64,000 bases of DNA, taken from positions 607,972,001 through 608,036,000 of the forward strand of contig NC_091285.1 in the NCBI RefSeq assembly GCF_032444005.1. Reading direction: 5' to 3'. The notes beneath the pieces were generated by a model. The model was given only the letters and a program-made list of their open reading frames with translations. It searched no databases and had not been told where the DNA came from. Below are positions 48,570-61,377 of this stretch, one piece after another. The stretch is from Ranitomeya imitator. Its lineage: Eukaryota. The position numbers and the translations under genes were made by a program. The first letter of the stretch is position 1. The number at the start of each line of letters is the position of its first letter.

Positions 48570-50240
48570 CCCCATCACACAGCAAATCTGTTTTTACCTT
48601 CGTGACGAGGCCAAATTTTACAATTCTGACCACTGTCACTTTATGAGGTTATAACTCTGGAACGCTTCAACGGGTCCTGATGATTCTAAGAATGTTTTTT
48701 CGTGACATATTGTACTACATGATAGTGGTAAAATTTCTTTGATATGATGTGCGTTTGTGAAAAAAACGGAAATTTGAAGAAATTTTTATAAAAATTGCAA
48801 TTTTCAAACTTTTAATTTGTAAGACCTTAAAAAAGAGTTATCTCACACAAAATAGCTAATCAATAACATTACCCACAAGTCAACTTTACATCAGCACAAT
48901 TTTTGAAACTTATTTTTTTTTTTGTTAGGAAGTCATAAGGGTTAAACGTTGACCAGCGATTTCTCATTTTTTCAACAAAATTTATAAAACGATTCATTAG
49001 GGACCACATTACATTTGAAGTCACTTTGAGGGGCCTATATCAGAGAAAATAACCAAAAGTTACCCCATTCTAAAAACTGCACCCCTCAAGGTACTCAATA
49101 CCACATTCAAGAAGTTTATTAACTCTTGAGGTACTTCACAGGAATATATTTTTCACCCAAAAATGTTGTTTTAACCCCAAATATTTTCGTTTTCAAAAGG
49201 ATATCAGGAGAAAATGCACCTGAAAATTTGTTGTGCAATTTTATGACAGTACAATGATACCCCATGTGTGGTTGAAGACTACAGATTTTGCTGGACTAGT
49301 TTGAGGATGCCATGTCACATTGGCAGAGCCCTTGAGGTACCTGAATTCACCTCTCAAAGAATTAATATAGGGGGTGCAGTGATCATATTGACACCTCAGT
49401 TTGGACCCAGAATGTTATACCATTGGGCTGTGAAGAAAAAAATAATTACATTTTTACCACCAAAATATTGTTTTAGGCCCAGATTTTACATTGTCACACT
49501 GGGAAATGGGTAAAAATGGCACCATAATTTGTCCCACAATTTCTGCTGAATGTAGAAATGCCCCATATATGACCGTACAGTACTGCTTAGACATACGGCG
49601 AGACTCTGGAGGGACGGAGCGCTTTTTGCCTCATGGAGCTCACATTTTTCTATAATAGTTTGTAGACTCCATATATACAATTATACCTCTTTGGGAATTT
49701 ATTTACAAGTGTAGTGATGGTTTTGACTCCATGGGTGTTTTCCAGAAACAAGCAGAAGTGAATGTTGCTGAGTGAAAATTGCAAACTGCCATTGTGACCA
49801 GTATGCTTTAGTGCATAGAACGTGGTGGTTCCCAGTACACTTTAGAGACGAGTACGTGGTAGTGACCAGCTTATGCTTCTGCAGTCATGCACCTGTAAAT
49901 GAGTTGGGCTCTCATTGCTATGGAAATGCCAAACATGCAGACGCTTAATGTGGTTTAGGCACACTGTGGGGAAAGGAGAGGGGCATTTGGATTTTGGAGC
50001 GCAGAATTCACTGGATTTCTTTGGTGGGGGCGAGGAGCCATTTTGCTTTTCTAGAGCCTTAGTACTACCAGTATCATGGAAGCCCCCTATATTTCCATTG
50101 ACAGATGACGGACCTGAGCGGATACTTGCTTTTTTTGTGGATTGATTTGAAGCTTTTGTTAGGAGCATTTTACATAATGTAATGTTTTAGCTCTCATTTA
50201 TCCTGCGCTCTACGCTGAGCACTTACATCGACGTTTCAGA
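48570..50240 (+). mobile_element. Decayed left part of the piggyBac-like family
   Basis: Aligns by eye with 25222-26400 (caattctgaccactgtcactttatgaggttataactctggaacgcttcaacgg); right boundary approximate. Confidence 0.75.
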
Positions 50241-50678
50241 CAGTGTCCACAGTGCATCCATCTGCCTCAATATAGGGAATCTTCTGTCTGAATCACGTAT
50301 TTCATAGATTTACATTGAAACCTGACGCAAAAAAACTGACACACAGACAAAATAATACATAATAGTGGTATAAAGAGAAAATAATTTAATAACTTAATAT
50401 CATTGTGTCTATGACAACATAACAAAAGTTGGCTTCTGTCGTTCTTTAGAACTCCATGTTCTTACATTGTTAGCGTGGTTACATAGTTACATAGATACAT
50501 AGGTTAAAAAAGACCTAGGTTCAACAAGTTCAACCTTTCTCCATTTTGTCACTGATTTATCTAAAACCCCCAATGTTATGCGTATTGAGGAAATCATCCG
50601 GACCTTTTTTGAAAGCTGATATAGTGTCGGCCATTACTACCTCTTGTGGTCGGGCATCCCACTGTCTGACTGCTCTTA

Positions 50679-51034
50679 GGCTATGTGCACACGTTCAGGT
50701 TTTTTCGCGGTAAAATTGCTATAAAAACTCATTAAAAACGCATACATTATGCATCCTATCATTTAGAATGCATTCTGCATGTTTTGTGCACATGATGCGT
50801 TTTTTTTCCACAAAAAAAAACGCATCGCAGTAAAAAAAAGCAGCATGTTCATTAATTTTGCGGATTTTCCCGCTATTCTATGCATTTGGGAAAAAACGCT
50901 CAAAAAACGCACCAAAAACACATCAAAAACGCATCAAAAATGCGGAAAAAAAAAACGCATGCGGATTTCTGCCAGAAAGGTCTGGTTTTTGTCAGGAAAA
51001 TTTCTGCAAGAAATCCTGACGTGTGCACATACCC
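50679..51034. mobile_element. Harbinger-type MITE
   Basis: TIR GG(C/G)TATGTGCACACGT; TTA TSD. Confidence 0.85.
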
Positions 51035-51123
51035 TTACTGTAAAGAACCCTTTCCTATATTGCTACCGGAATCACCTTTCTTCCACCCATAATGAGTGCC
51101 CGTATGGCCCTTGAAAGGAATAA

Positions 51124-51876
51124 AGGTACAGTCACACATAACGATATCGTTAACGATATCGTTGCTTTTTGTGACGTAGCAATGATATCGTTAAGGAAAT
51201 CGTTCTGTGTGACAGCAACCAACGATCAGGCCCCTGCTGGGAGATCGTTGGTCGCTGAGGAAAGTCCAGCACTTTATTTCGTCGCTGGATCTCCCGCTGA
51301 CATCGCCGGATCGGCGTGTGTGATGATCGGCGTGTGTGATGCCGATCCAGCGAAGTCTTCACTGGTAACCAGGGTAAACATCGGGTTACTAAGCGCAGGG
51401 CCGCGCTTAGTAACCCAATGTTTACCCTGGTTACCAGCGTAAACGTTAAAAAAACAAACACTACATACTTACCTTCAGCTGTCTGTCCCCGGCGCTCTGC
51501 TTCTATGCACTCCTCCTGCATCCTGTGTCAGCGCCGGCCGGCCGGAAAGCACAGCGGTGACGTCACCGCTCTGCTTTCCGGCTGACCGGCGCTGACAGTG
51601 CAGAGGAAAGCACAGCGCCGGAGGACAGACAGCTGAAGGTAAGTATGTAGTGTTTGTTTTTTTAACGTTTACGCTGGTAACCATGGTAAACATCGGGTTA
51701 CTAAGCGCGGCCCTGCGCTTAGTAACCCGATGTTTACCCTGGTTACCGGGGACCTCGGGATCGTTGGTCGCTGGAGAGCGGTCTGTGTGACAGCTCTCCA
51801 GCGACCACACAGCGACGCTGCAGCGATCGACATCGTTGTCGGTATCGTTGCAGCGTCGCTCAGTGTGACGGTACCT
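51124..51876. mobile_element. GGTACC-ended palindromic MITE
   Basis: Same family as 22092-22806 and 62301-63061; central TGACGTCA at 51558-51565. Confidence 0.85.
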
Positions 51877-52272
51877 TTAGTCATGTACCATACTCTGTAC
51901 TGTCCACACACATATTTATACATATAAATCACATCTCCTTTGAGACGTCTTTCTTCTATGCTAAATGAGCCCAACTTGGTCTTTGTGTCTTGTTTGTTTT
52001 GTGTCTCACTGAATCTCTGTAGAGATAAAATGCTTTAGTTTGGTAATCAGACTAAAGATAGTAATTGTATTTGTAAAATGATTGTGAAAGCCTGCAAAAT
52101 GCAATTATCACATAAAGGAAAGCCAAGGAGGAATTCTCAATTTGCACAAAGTTTAACTATTTTGACTACAAAGTTGTCTGATCTGTAGATAGAAGTTTAT
52201 CCAAGAGACCAAAACTGATTTCATTATGAATGTACAAACAGGTTTGTATTAATCATTTTATGTCCTACCTTA

Positions 52273-52697
52273 GGCTACTTTCACACTAGCATTGTTTGGC
52301 CTCCGTCGCAATGCGTCGTTTTGGAGAAAAAACGCATCCTGCAAAGTTGCCCGCAGGATGCGTTTTTTTTTTTTCTCCATAGACTTTCATTAGAGACGCA
52401 TTGCGACGGATTGCCACACGTTGCATCCGTCGTTCGACGGATGCGTTGTGTTTTTGCAGTCCGTCGGGACAAAAAAAGTTGCATGCAACATTTTTTTGTC
52501 CGTCGGTTCCGCTTTTTCCGACCGCGCATGTGCGGCGGGAACTCCGCCCCCTCCTCCCCGGACCCTACAATGGGGCAGAGGATGCATTGTAAAACTGCAT
52601 CCGCTGCCCCCGTTGTTCATTTTCTTCACAGTTTGTGTCGGTACGTCGGGCCGACGCATAGCGACGGCCCCGTACCGACGCTCGTGTGAAAGTAGCC
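52273..52697. mobile_element. Harbinger-type MITE
   Basis: TIR GGCTACTTTCACAC; TTA TSD. Confidence 0.85.
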
Positions 52698-53799
52698 TTA
52701 TTGTCCACGCGTCCGGAGGTGCAGATACACGATAGATAAGCTGCTTACACAATAGACGCTGTCAGTTGGCTCCTCCGTACACAGTATGGCTCCTCCATAC
52801 ACAGGACCGCTTGCTCTTTCATCCGGTAGCAGCATATCAGAGAACAAAAAGATTGTCAGTCTCAAATTGGACCTACGTGACCCGTCTCTCCTGTTCTGTC
52901 AGGGGAAAAGTCGGGATGGAGGCCCCGGACACATTAGAATGTCGTCTGATCCCACAGTTGTCTGGTTAGGCTGACATTAAAAGGAACCTGACAGCTGATA
53001 CATGCTGCCCGATCCACAGGCAGCGGCTACATGACTTCGGCTAGGTATGGTCGACTATGAAATGATGCGGCATTTTAGAGATAAACATACTTTACAAGCC
53101 ACCGGAGACCGAGCCCCATAGGAGACTAATCAGGCGGGCGAGTCCCTGTGGCTTCTCCTCACCCGCACCCCTATAGTGACAGGTCTCACACTTTGTTTTC
53201 TGCTCTTCATCATTTTATAATGGATTCATATCACTAGAAGCGGCAAGGTGTTCTGGGCTTACGCAATGCTTAACAGATCTACACTATGACCGTCCATTAT
53301 GATCTGGTTCCTATAGACTTCAATGTTGAAAAAACAAACAAAAACCCAAACGATCCAGTCTCTATATATGTATAAGGTGATAGAAAACTTACTTAGGTAG
53401 CTCATTGCACAGTTTGGTTATGTTCTTAAACATCACCGCCCTCCCCACCGGACAGATATTTGCACACAGAAACGTGTCAGCAATATGTTGCCTTAAGGTG
53501 CAATAAATCTAAGAATGCCGCATGAGAATGTGTCAAAACAGCCATTCCCCAGGTACACGGCGCACGCGCACCCAGCCATAGGATATAGAAGGAAATATGG
53601 TTTGTCAGACTAGGCCACGGCATTCAATGTTATAAAAACAGTTTATTTGCTGAAGACTTTGGAGATTCTTTCTTCCATAGAAGTAAATAACAACACAATC
53701 CTTTACCTTCTACCCCTGATTATTGCACAACACGTGTGAGTCACAAATGTGAGAGTATTCTGGTATTACTAACAGTTTCTATCAACGCTTTAGAGACAT

Positions 53800-54037
53800 C
53801 TTTGATATGCACTATCTATCTATTATCTATATATCTATATCATATCTATATATACTGTATATTATCTATTATCTATATATCTATATCATATCTATATATA
53901 CTGTATATTATCAATCTATTATCTATATATCTATTATCCATCTATTATCTATATCATATCTATATATTATCTATCTATAGATCTATCTATTATCTATATC
54001 ATATCTATACACAGTATCTATTATCTATCTATTATAT
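53800..54037. repeat. Degenerate (TATC)n / TA-rich microsatellite
   Basis: Directly visible; followed by a Tc1-like end CAGTTAGGTCCATATATATTTGGACA at 54038. Confidence 0.9.
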
Positions 54038-55149
54038 ACAGTTAGGTCCATATATATTTGGACAGAGACAACATTTTTCTAATTTTGGTTTTAGACATTA
54101 CCACAATGAATTTTAAACAAAACAATTCAGATGCAGTTGAAGTTCAGACTTTCAGCTTTCATTTGAGGGTATCCACATTAAAATTGGATGAAGGGTTTAG
54201 GAGTTTCAGCTCCTGTATATCATATCTATATATCTATCTATCTACCGTTTTCCCCAAAAAATAAGTCTTAGCAGGGTTTTATAGGATATTTGAAGCTTAA
54301 AATATAAGCCTTACTCAAAAAATAAGGTTAGGGGGAGAGAACTTGGCAATTTCCCAGGGCCCGACTCTCTTAGGGGCCCCCAGCATTTATATTCCGTGGT
54401 TAAGACTGCTTAAGGACCTTTAATGACATTACAGTCATGTGACCATGATGTCACAAAAGGTTCTTTAACTGCAAGAGTCTAGAGAAACTAAAGAGGAAAT
54501 AAGCTGGTATATACCACATGTGCAGTGTGTGTGCGAGTATATACAGGTACATCTCACAAAATTAGAATATTATCAAAAAGTTAATTTATTTAAGTTCTTC
54601 AATACAATAATAAAGGTAAATGGGCAAACCCTTTTAACTCTTGCTAAAACTAGCCAAGGTGTCAGATATTGCCCGAATGTATAGGGAAAGATTCCAATTG
54701 TATTCTCAAATTTAAAAGGAATCTGTCACCGAGTGTTTGATACCCCATCTGATAGCAGAGCAATATATGGGCAGAGATCCCGATTCTAGCAATATGTAAT
54801 TTACTGGGCTGCTTGCTACAGTTTTGATAAACACAGTGTTTTACCTGCGGCAGATCTAGCAGTTCTCTAATGCTGAGACATAGACAAAATAATACATAAT
54901 AGTGGTATAAAGAGAAAATAATTGAATAACTTAATATCATTGCGTCCATGCCAACTTTACAATAAGTAAAGCCAACGTTTTAGTCATTCTTTAGAACTCC
55001 ATGTTCTTACATTGTTAGCGTGGTTACATAGTTATGTAGGTTGAAAAAGACCTAGATCCATCAAGTTCGACCAGCAGATGACACGGCTCCCCAAACCATC
55101 ACTGGTTGTGGAAACTTCACACTAGACCTCAAGCAGCTTGGATTGTGGC

Positions 55150-56020
55150 CTCTCCACTCTTCCTCCAGATCAGGTGACTGCTCTGGCAGAGCAGTTGCAA
55201 AAACTATGTCTTGATGTAGCAGATCTGGGTTCATTTGCCTTGCAGCACCCAGCATTGACCTCAGGTTTAGCGTCCGCTGCTCCCAGGCAACTCCGGTCGG
55301 AACCTAAACAAGCCTTGCGGGATAGGTCCTCTGGGGGCTGGGACAAGTTGTGATATTTAGGGCGGTATGCAAACTATACTTTAGGCTACTTCCACATTCT
55401 TTGGGTACCGAGGACCAGCAAGTTGGGATAGTCATCTCTTCTACAGGGAGTCCCCCAAACCTGAGCATTTCCCCTTCTATCTAGTTTCCAGTCGCTCCAG
55501 ACAGTCAAGGACTCTTTAGTGCTCTGGGGCTCGTTCATGATAATCCCGACCGTTTCTCTCTTGTTGAATCAAAATCGGATCAAGTTCAGCCAGGAGACCG
55601 GCCAGTGGATTGGTCATGTGTCTAATGAACCTAGGTCTGAGTCTACTGAGGAACCCATGCATTTGGGGAAACAACTCCTAGCACCGGTCCTCCAGCGGTT
55701 CAGCGTAAAAAAGGAGTGTGTTTTTGTGGCAGGAAGGGTCATTTGCTGGTACCTGTCAATCCATACGTAACCGGAAAACTAAAGAGCACAGATTGCGTGG
55801 CGTTTATCAACCTGGGTCTAAATAATTCCTCCTTTGGAATGTTGCAAATTTTTCTACCCACCGTGATCTTATTAGGTGGAAGAAAGGTGTTTATTTCTGC
55901 CTTTTTGGACAGTGGGGAGGGGTTTAATCCGGTCGACACCTGGTTTGTCCGGGCCCTTGGTCTTTTTCCTCATAAGTTGTCAAAAAACCTATACCAATAA
56001 TTACTATAGATTCAGCAGCC
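55150..56020 (+). mobile_element. Gypsy gag-protease remnant
   Basis: EPKQALRDRSSG (gag EPKxxLPDRFxG-like), degenerate zinc knuckle CFCGRKGH and aspartic-protease motif AFLDSG in ORFs 55138..55353 and 55716..56000. Confidence 0.75.
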
Positions 56021-56559
56021 TTGTGTGAAAAAGAAGAGCGGAGTTCTTAGCCGATGAACTCCATTCACCTCACTGACGTCACTGCTCTCACACTAGTGGT
56101 GACGTCAGTGAGGTGAAAGGAGGTGCAGCTGTTTGCCTAGCCTGTGCTGGTTATTAAATACGGGTGGGGGGGGGGGGGGGGTTGTCATTTTTTTTGTGTG
56201 TGTGTGTGTGTGTGTGTGTGGGGGGGGGGGGGGTATTTTAATAACCAGTAAAGGCTAAGCATAAAACTATAAGCTGATAATAATAGCCTGGGAAGATCCA
56301 TGTTGATTATCCCCTTCCCAGGCTATAGACATCTGCCATCAGCCCTTTCCCTTTGCTGGTTATTAAAATTTTCAGGGGACCACACACCCTTTTTTTCTTA
56401 ATTAAATAACTCTTATTAGCTAAATCCATGAACATTAAACTACAGACACACCGCACTAATTATATACGTCTCTGACATCTTTCTATCTATTCCATGTATC
56501 TATATCTATTCTATGTATATACCTGTTCTGATGGCTCACACAGTGAATTTACTGTAGTC

Positions 56560-57152
56560 GGCTGATGAAATATCGGGTTTTCTAGATGGGTGCGTAAAAA
56601 TCAGATGGCACACACAGAGCTGAGATTAAAAAAATCAAAACCACTGAATTATGTTTTTTTCGGTCACTGCAACATTGCAATAAAATGCAATTAGAGGAGA
56701 TCAAAAGAAGGTATCTACCCCAAAACGGTATCAATAAAAACGTCAACTCGGGGCTCATGAAATAAGACGTCACACAGCTCTGCATCCAGAAAAATGAAAA
56801 CGTTACGGGTTTGGGAAAATGGTGACAAAAGCAACATTTTTCTTCTTAGAAATTTCCAATTTTTTTTTTACCGCTTGAATTGAAAAAAAACAAACAACAA
56901 AACTATAGATGTTTGGTATCTGCGAACTCGCCCTGCCCCGAGGAATCATATTGAGGGGTCAGTTTTACTATATAGTGACTATGGTATAGAAAAAAATCCA
57001 AATATTGTAGAATTGCACTTTGTTTTTTGCAATTTTACCTTACTGGGAACGTTTTTCTCATTTTCCAGTACACTATATGGTAGAATGAATGGCGTCATCC
57101 AAAAGTGCAACTAATTCTGCAAAAAATTAAGAATGACCACTGCGAGAAAGGG
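56560..57152. mobile_element. Terminal fragment of a piggyBac-like element
   Basis: Ends ...GAAAGGG|TTAA; similar to 15750-16340 and 1440-1720. Confidence 0.55.
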
Positions 57153-57289
57153 TTAAAGATCAGTGATAGTTGGGGGGATGGGTCCTGGGAGATTTTGACA
57201 TTGGAGCAGGAGAGTCAGGTCCTCACTGCAGGAGCGGGCAGCAATGGTGACCTCTGGGCTATGTGCCCCTTCTACACAGGTCCCTGCAT

Positions 57290-57960
57290 ACACATCGACT
57301 GTATGTGAGGCCGCCATACGCCGCGCACCGCAGCGCTATGGCCAACGAATGGTTAACTGCCGCCACTCCTCGTCCATGACGTTAAGCCCCGCCCGTCCTG
57401 TCCCTCCGCCCCGCCCACTCTGCGGAGTCACCGCTCCTTCGGTGGCTTCTCAAGAGTTGGATCCGGCCACGTCACTCCTGCCAGCAGAACGGCACGCCTT
57501 CCTCTCATTGTCACCAATCAGCGGAAGACTGGGCGGGACAAGTGTGAGGGGAGTGCCCAATAGAGACGCGCTCCGGGAATGACGGGCAAGGAGGCGACCA
57601 ATAGGAAGAATCAGGTTGTTCTGGTGACGTCGGCAGCACGGTCCGTGGTCCTTATGTAGGGTCGGCGAGGCTGAGCTGGCCGCAGACAGTGTGTGATAGT
57701 GACATCTCACAGAGCGCGGCACAGAGGAAGAGCAGCATGTGTGGTGAGTATGCGCACACTGCCTGCCGGCTACGGGGCTTCCCGGCTCCCTGCATGGCAC
57801 ACGGGCAGCTTCTTCCCCTCTTCTCAGCATCCTCGGGCTGACGTGCTCGGTGCTGCTCACCTTGTGCTGACGGCCGGTGACCCTGTCTGTGCCCTCTCTC
57901 CAGTAATGGCCGTTCTGGGCTCTGATGTTCTCTCATCGCTGCTTCACTCCTGTGTGTGGT
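57290..57960 (+). promoter_or_regulatory. CpG-island promoter
   Basis: CpG-dense, non-palindromic sequence with GC boxes (about 57387, 57404, 57530), three CCAAT boxes (about 57514, 57557, 57598) and a CRE-like TGACGTC (57624-57630), upstream of an ATG and splice donor. Confidence 0.75.
57737..57743 (+). CDS. Coding part of a probable first exon (ATG TGT G | GTGAGT); candidate GFPT1-type glutamine--fructose-6-phosphate aminotransferase, unconfirmed
   Basis: Kozak -3A (gcAgcATG) and a consensus donor GTGAGT at 57744. A 7-nt MC(G) first coding exon is the known GFPT1/GFPT2 structure, but exon 2 (GIFAYLNY...) is not visible in the window. Confidence 0.45.
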
Positions 57961-58139
57961 GATGGGGCTGCGGCAGATATTCGGGGCGACCCAGTGTGTT
58001 ATTCCTCAGTCCCCGGGGTCACTTACCGATTATTGGAGCTTCTCTTCACATTGTTGCTATTGGTAACATTCTATGCGTTCCATCATTAGCATCATCTCTG
58101 GGGGACACTTATCCCCTTCAACATAGATCACAGTGGGTC

Positions 58140-58415
58140 TTGTATGACAGGCCCCGGTGGGTCTCTGTATGGCTGGCCCCGGCGGGTCTCTGTATGGCCG
58201 GCCCCGGTGGGTCTCTGTATGGCTGGCCCCGGTGGGTCTCTGTATGGCTGGCCCCGGTGGGTCTCTGTATGGCCGGCCCCGGTGGGTCTCTGTATGGCTG
58301 GACCCTGTGGGTCTCTGTATGGCCCGCCCTGGTGGGTCTCTGTATGGCCCGCCCTGGTGGGTCTCTGTATGGCCCGCCCCGGCGGGTCTCTGTTGGCCTG
58401 CCCCGGCGGGTCTAA
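58140..58415. repeat. GC-rich 25-bp minisatellite (gccccggtgggtctctgtatggctg)
   Basis: Units start at 58151, 58176, 58201 and onward. Confidence 0.95.
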
Positions 58416-60220
58416 GTATGGCTGCCCTGTTACTTCCCGTGGCCCATGATATCTGCATATGAGTATTGCTACTTTGTATCATTCACTCTTCCAGGGATAT
58501 TCTGTGTTTTGCGCTTTTTTTTTTTTCTTAGTCCATGTTCGCACATTGCAGAAAATCTCTGGTGCCGATTTGCTTACAGTCTTCCCACTAATCAGCGGCC
58601 AGAATCCGCCACACAGGTCTGATTCCGCCTCCTTGTGTTACAAGCCCTGAAGAAGGCGTTCCCTACACCCTGGGAATCCGCGCCGTGCGCTCAGGTTTGT
58701 GCAGCTTCGTTCTTCCTCCAAGGATGAGCTTGTTGTGAAAACCCCACGTTCTTGCATTGCCCTGTAATTGCTGTGATCTTAGAATATTCCTGGGTGTCGG
58801 GGGCTCATCTGCGGGGTCCTTCCGTTTGATAGGTGGGGCCGCTTTATTGCTAAACACAATGTGAGGTTTGTCTTCGCTTTGGCCTAAATTCCTGTAATTA
58901 TCCCTATTAGTATAATAGCGGGGCGCCGTGTCATCAGTGGATATTATGGGGTTATTGCTGGATGATGACATTTGCGCAATTTATTTGTGCCATATGATGA
59001 TCTGCTTTCATTTGGAGACCCCAAAACTAAGTTTAACGTCAGAACGCCTGTTCCTTACCTTGTGGTCTATGGTGACAAGGTCACGTGCAGCTTGTGACCT
59101 TTGGAGAAAAATGCAGCAAGTCTGGATGTTTGAGGCTGCTGTCACACTAGCAGTATTTGGTCAGTATTTTACATCAGGATCTGTAATCCAAAACCAGGAG
59201 TGGAACAAATAGAGGAAAAGTATCATAGAAACATATGCACCACTTCTGTATTTATCACCCACTCCTGGTTTTAGCTACAAATACTGATGTAAAATACTGA
59301 CCAAATGCTGCACATTTGTTGCTTTGTGTCCTGTTCCACATTGGGCACTCATCAATAAAAGGTGGCGACATTGCATCCCCTGCGCCGCCTCCAAACACTG
59401 CTGCCTGGGGATTTACCTATGTCCGGGAGCTAACAAATTCGGGAATGGTGTTGATTGCAGACTAAGCGCTCGTTCACACCTCTGACTTTTCCACAAATGA
59501 GAAAAACAGACATGTTGATCAGACCTTGATCACAGTGCGCTCCAAGTGTCCTGCATTTTTCCAGCTTCTCCTTTCTGATAGCCTGGGCCACACTCTGATG
59601 TCATCCAAGGGCGTTCAGATTTATTTATTTATTCTTTCCTGTTTATGGGTCTGTTTACTTGCATTATAAATTTTCATTTTACTATTGGATCAAAATCAAA
59701 CCTGTCTCCTCCATTTGCCACAGACATGTGGCACTCAACTAATATACCTGGTATTGGTCACAGCAAGCAAAATGATCCATCCGAGTCCAAGTCTTGTTGT
59801 GCAGGCGGTGGTTCTATCTGGATCCTGCTCCCCAGGATGTGGGGTTAGCTGTGTTTAACTAGCCACAGACATCCATCTGTTTTACCAAGGAATTATCTGA
59901 AGGTGACAAGTTTTAATTAGATTTTTGGGCAGTTTTTTTTTTTGTGTGTGCCACTTTGTGTTTTATTTAGGCTTTTTTGCATTTCAAAGGGCTGTCTGGT
60001 GTTTAAGTCCAACTTTGCTGATAATGATGCAAATTAGAATCCTATCTCTGTCCTAATAGCTGGAGTCCTCTGTGTTTGGTGGCACAGGCCCCAGGTGGTG
60101 GCCATGGTTCTGCTTGGTTTACTATTGTGTTTTTGCTGTTTGTTTGTGACTGATCATTATCATAGTTACCCTATAACCTCTAAAATGTAACATCTTATAG
60201 GTCCTGGAATATGTTTGTTA

Positions 60221-61175
60221 GGCTGGTTTCACATGTCAGTGACTCTGGTACGTGAGGTGACCGTTTCCTCACGTACCGGAGACACTGACTCACATAGACA
60301 CATTAAAATCAATGTGTCTCTGCACATGTCAGCGTGTTTTCACAGACCGTGTGTCCGTTTGGAAAACACGGAGACATGTCAGTGTTCGTGGGAGCGCACG
60401 GATCACACGGACCCATTAAAGTCAATGGGTCCGTGTAAAACACGTACCGCACACGGATGTTGTCCGTGTGCCGTGCAGGAGACAGCGCTACTGTAAGCGC
60501 TGTCCCCTGCGTGCGTTGCTGAAACCGGTATTCATCCCTTCTTCCCAGCAGCGTTCGCTGGAAAGAAGGTATGAATAATTTTCTTTTTATTTTTTAAAAT
60601 AAAGTTGCCGGTAATCTGCCCCCTCCCACCCCCTGTGCGCCCGCCCGCTGGCATTAAAATACTTACCCAGCTCCCTCGGCGCTTCCATCCTCTCAGCGTC
60701 GCTGCTTGTCCTGTATGATCGGTCATGTGGTGCCGCACATTACAGTGATGAATATGCGGCTCCACCTCCCATAGGGGTGGAGCCGCATATTCATTACTGT
60801 AATAAGCGGCACCACGTGACCGCTCATACAGGAAGAGCTGCGACGCTGAGGGAGCTGGGTAAGTATTTTAATGCCAGCGGGCGGGCGCACAGGGGGTGGG
60901 AGGGGGCAGATTACCGGCAACTTTATTTTAAAAACAAAATAAAAAAAAACTTATTCATTCCTTCTTTCCAGCGAACGCTGCTGGGAAGAAGGGATGAATA
61001 CCGGCTTCAGCACCGCACGCAGGGGACAGCGCTTAACTCTAGCGCTGTCTCCTGCATGGTCCGTGTGGTCCTCAGTCGGCACACGTGTGCCACACTGATG
61101 TGCTACGTAAGCACACGGACAATTCCAGTACCGATTTTTCCGGTACCGGAATTATCTGGACGTGTGGGACAGGCC
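60221..61175. mobile_element. Harbinger-type MITE with a long internal palindrome
   Basis: Imperfect TIR GGC(T/C)(G/T)GT(T/C)(T/C)CACA; TTA TSD at 60218-60220 and 61176-61178; arms about 60470-60770 and 60775-61050. Confidence 0.85.
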
Positions 61176-61335
61176 TTAGGTAGCTTGGCAGATCTTTTTA
61201 AAGTCCTACATAAAGAACATTTTTGAAGGGCTTATGGTCTGCGTACGTACGGACGACAACCTGAAATGCCTACCAAGTGCAAGAGAAAGTTTACACTTGT
61301 CAGAGACTCTCACCCAACCAAACCAGAGCTCCTAC

Positions 61336-61377
61336 TTTACACTGATGAGGGGCAAAGACTCGAAACATGTCTGCAAA
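61336..61377 (+). ncRNA. Near-intact minimal type-I hammerhead ribozyme motif
   Basis: TTTACA-CTGATGA-GGG gcaaaga CTC-GAAA-CATG-TC-TGCAAA: full core, palindromic stem III ACATGT, GUC cleavage triplet and stem I with 5 of 6 bp paired. Confidence 0.7.

Larger units (their letters stand above)
50490..51980 (-). mobile_element. Old CR1 3' fragment interrupted by two MITEs
   Basis: GTTACATA tail at ~50480; CR1-like segments at 50500-50675, 51038-51120 and 51880-51980 (minus strand FSIEERRLKGDVIYMYKY). Confidence 0.7.
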
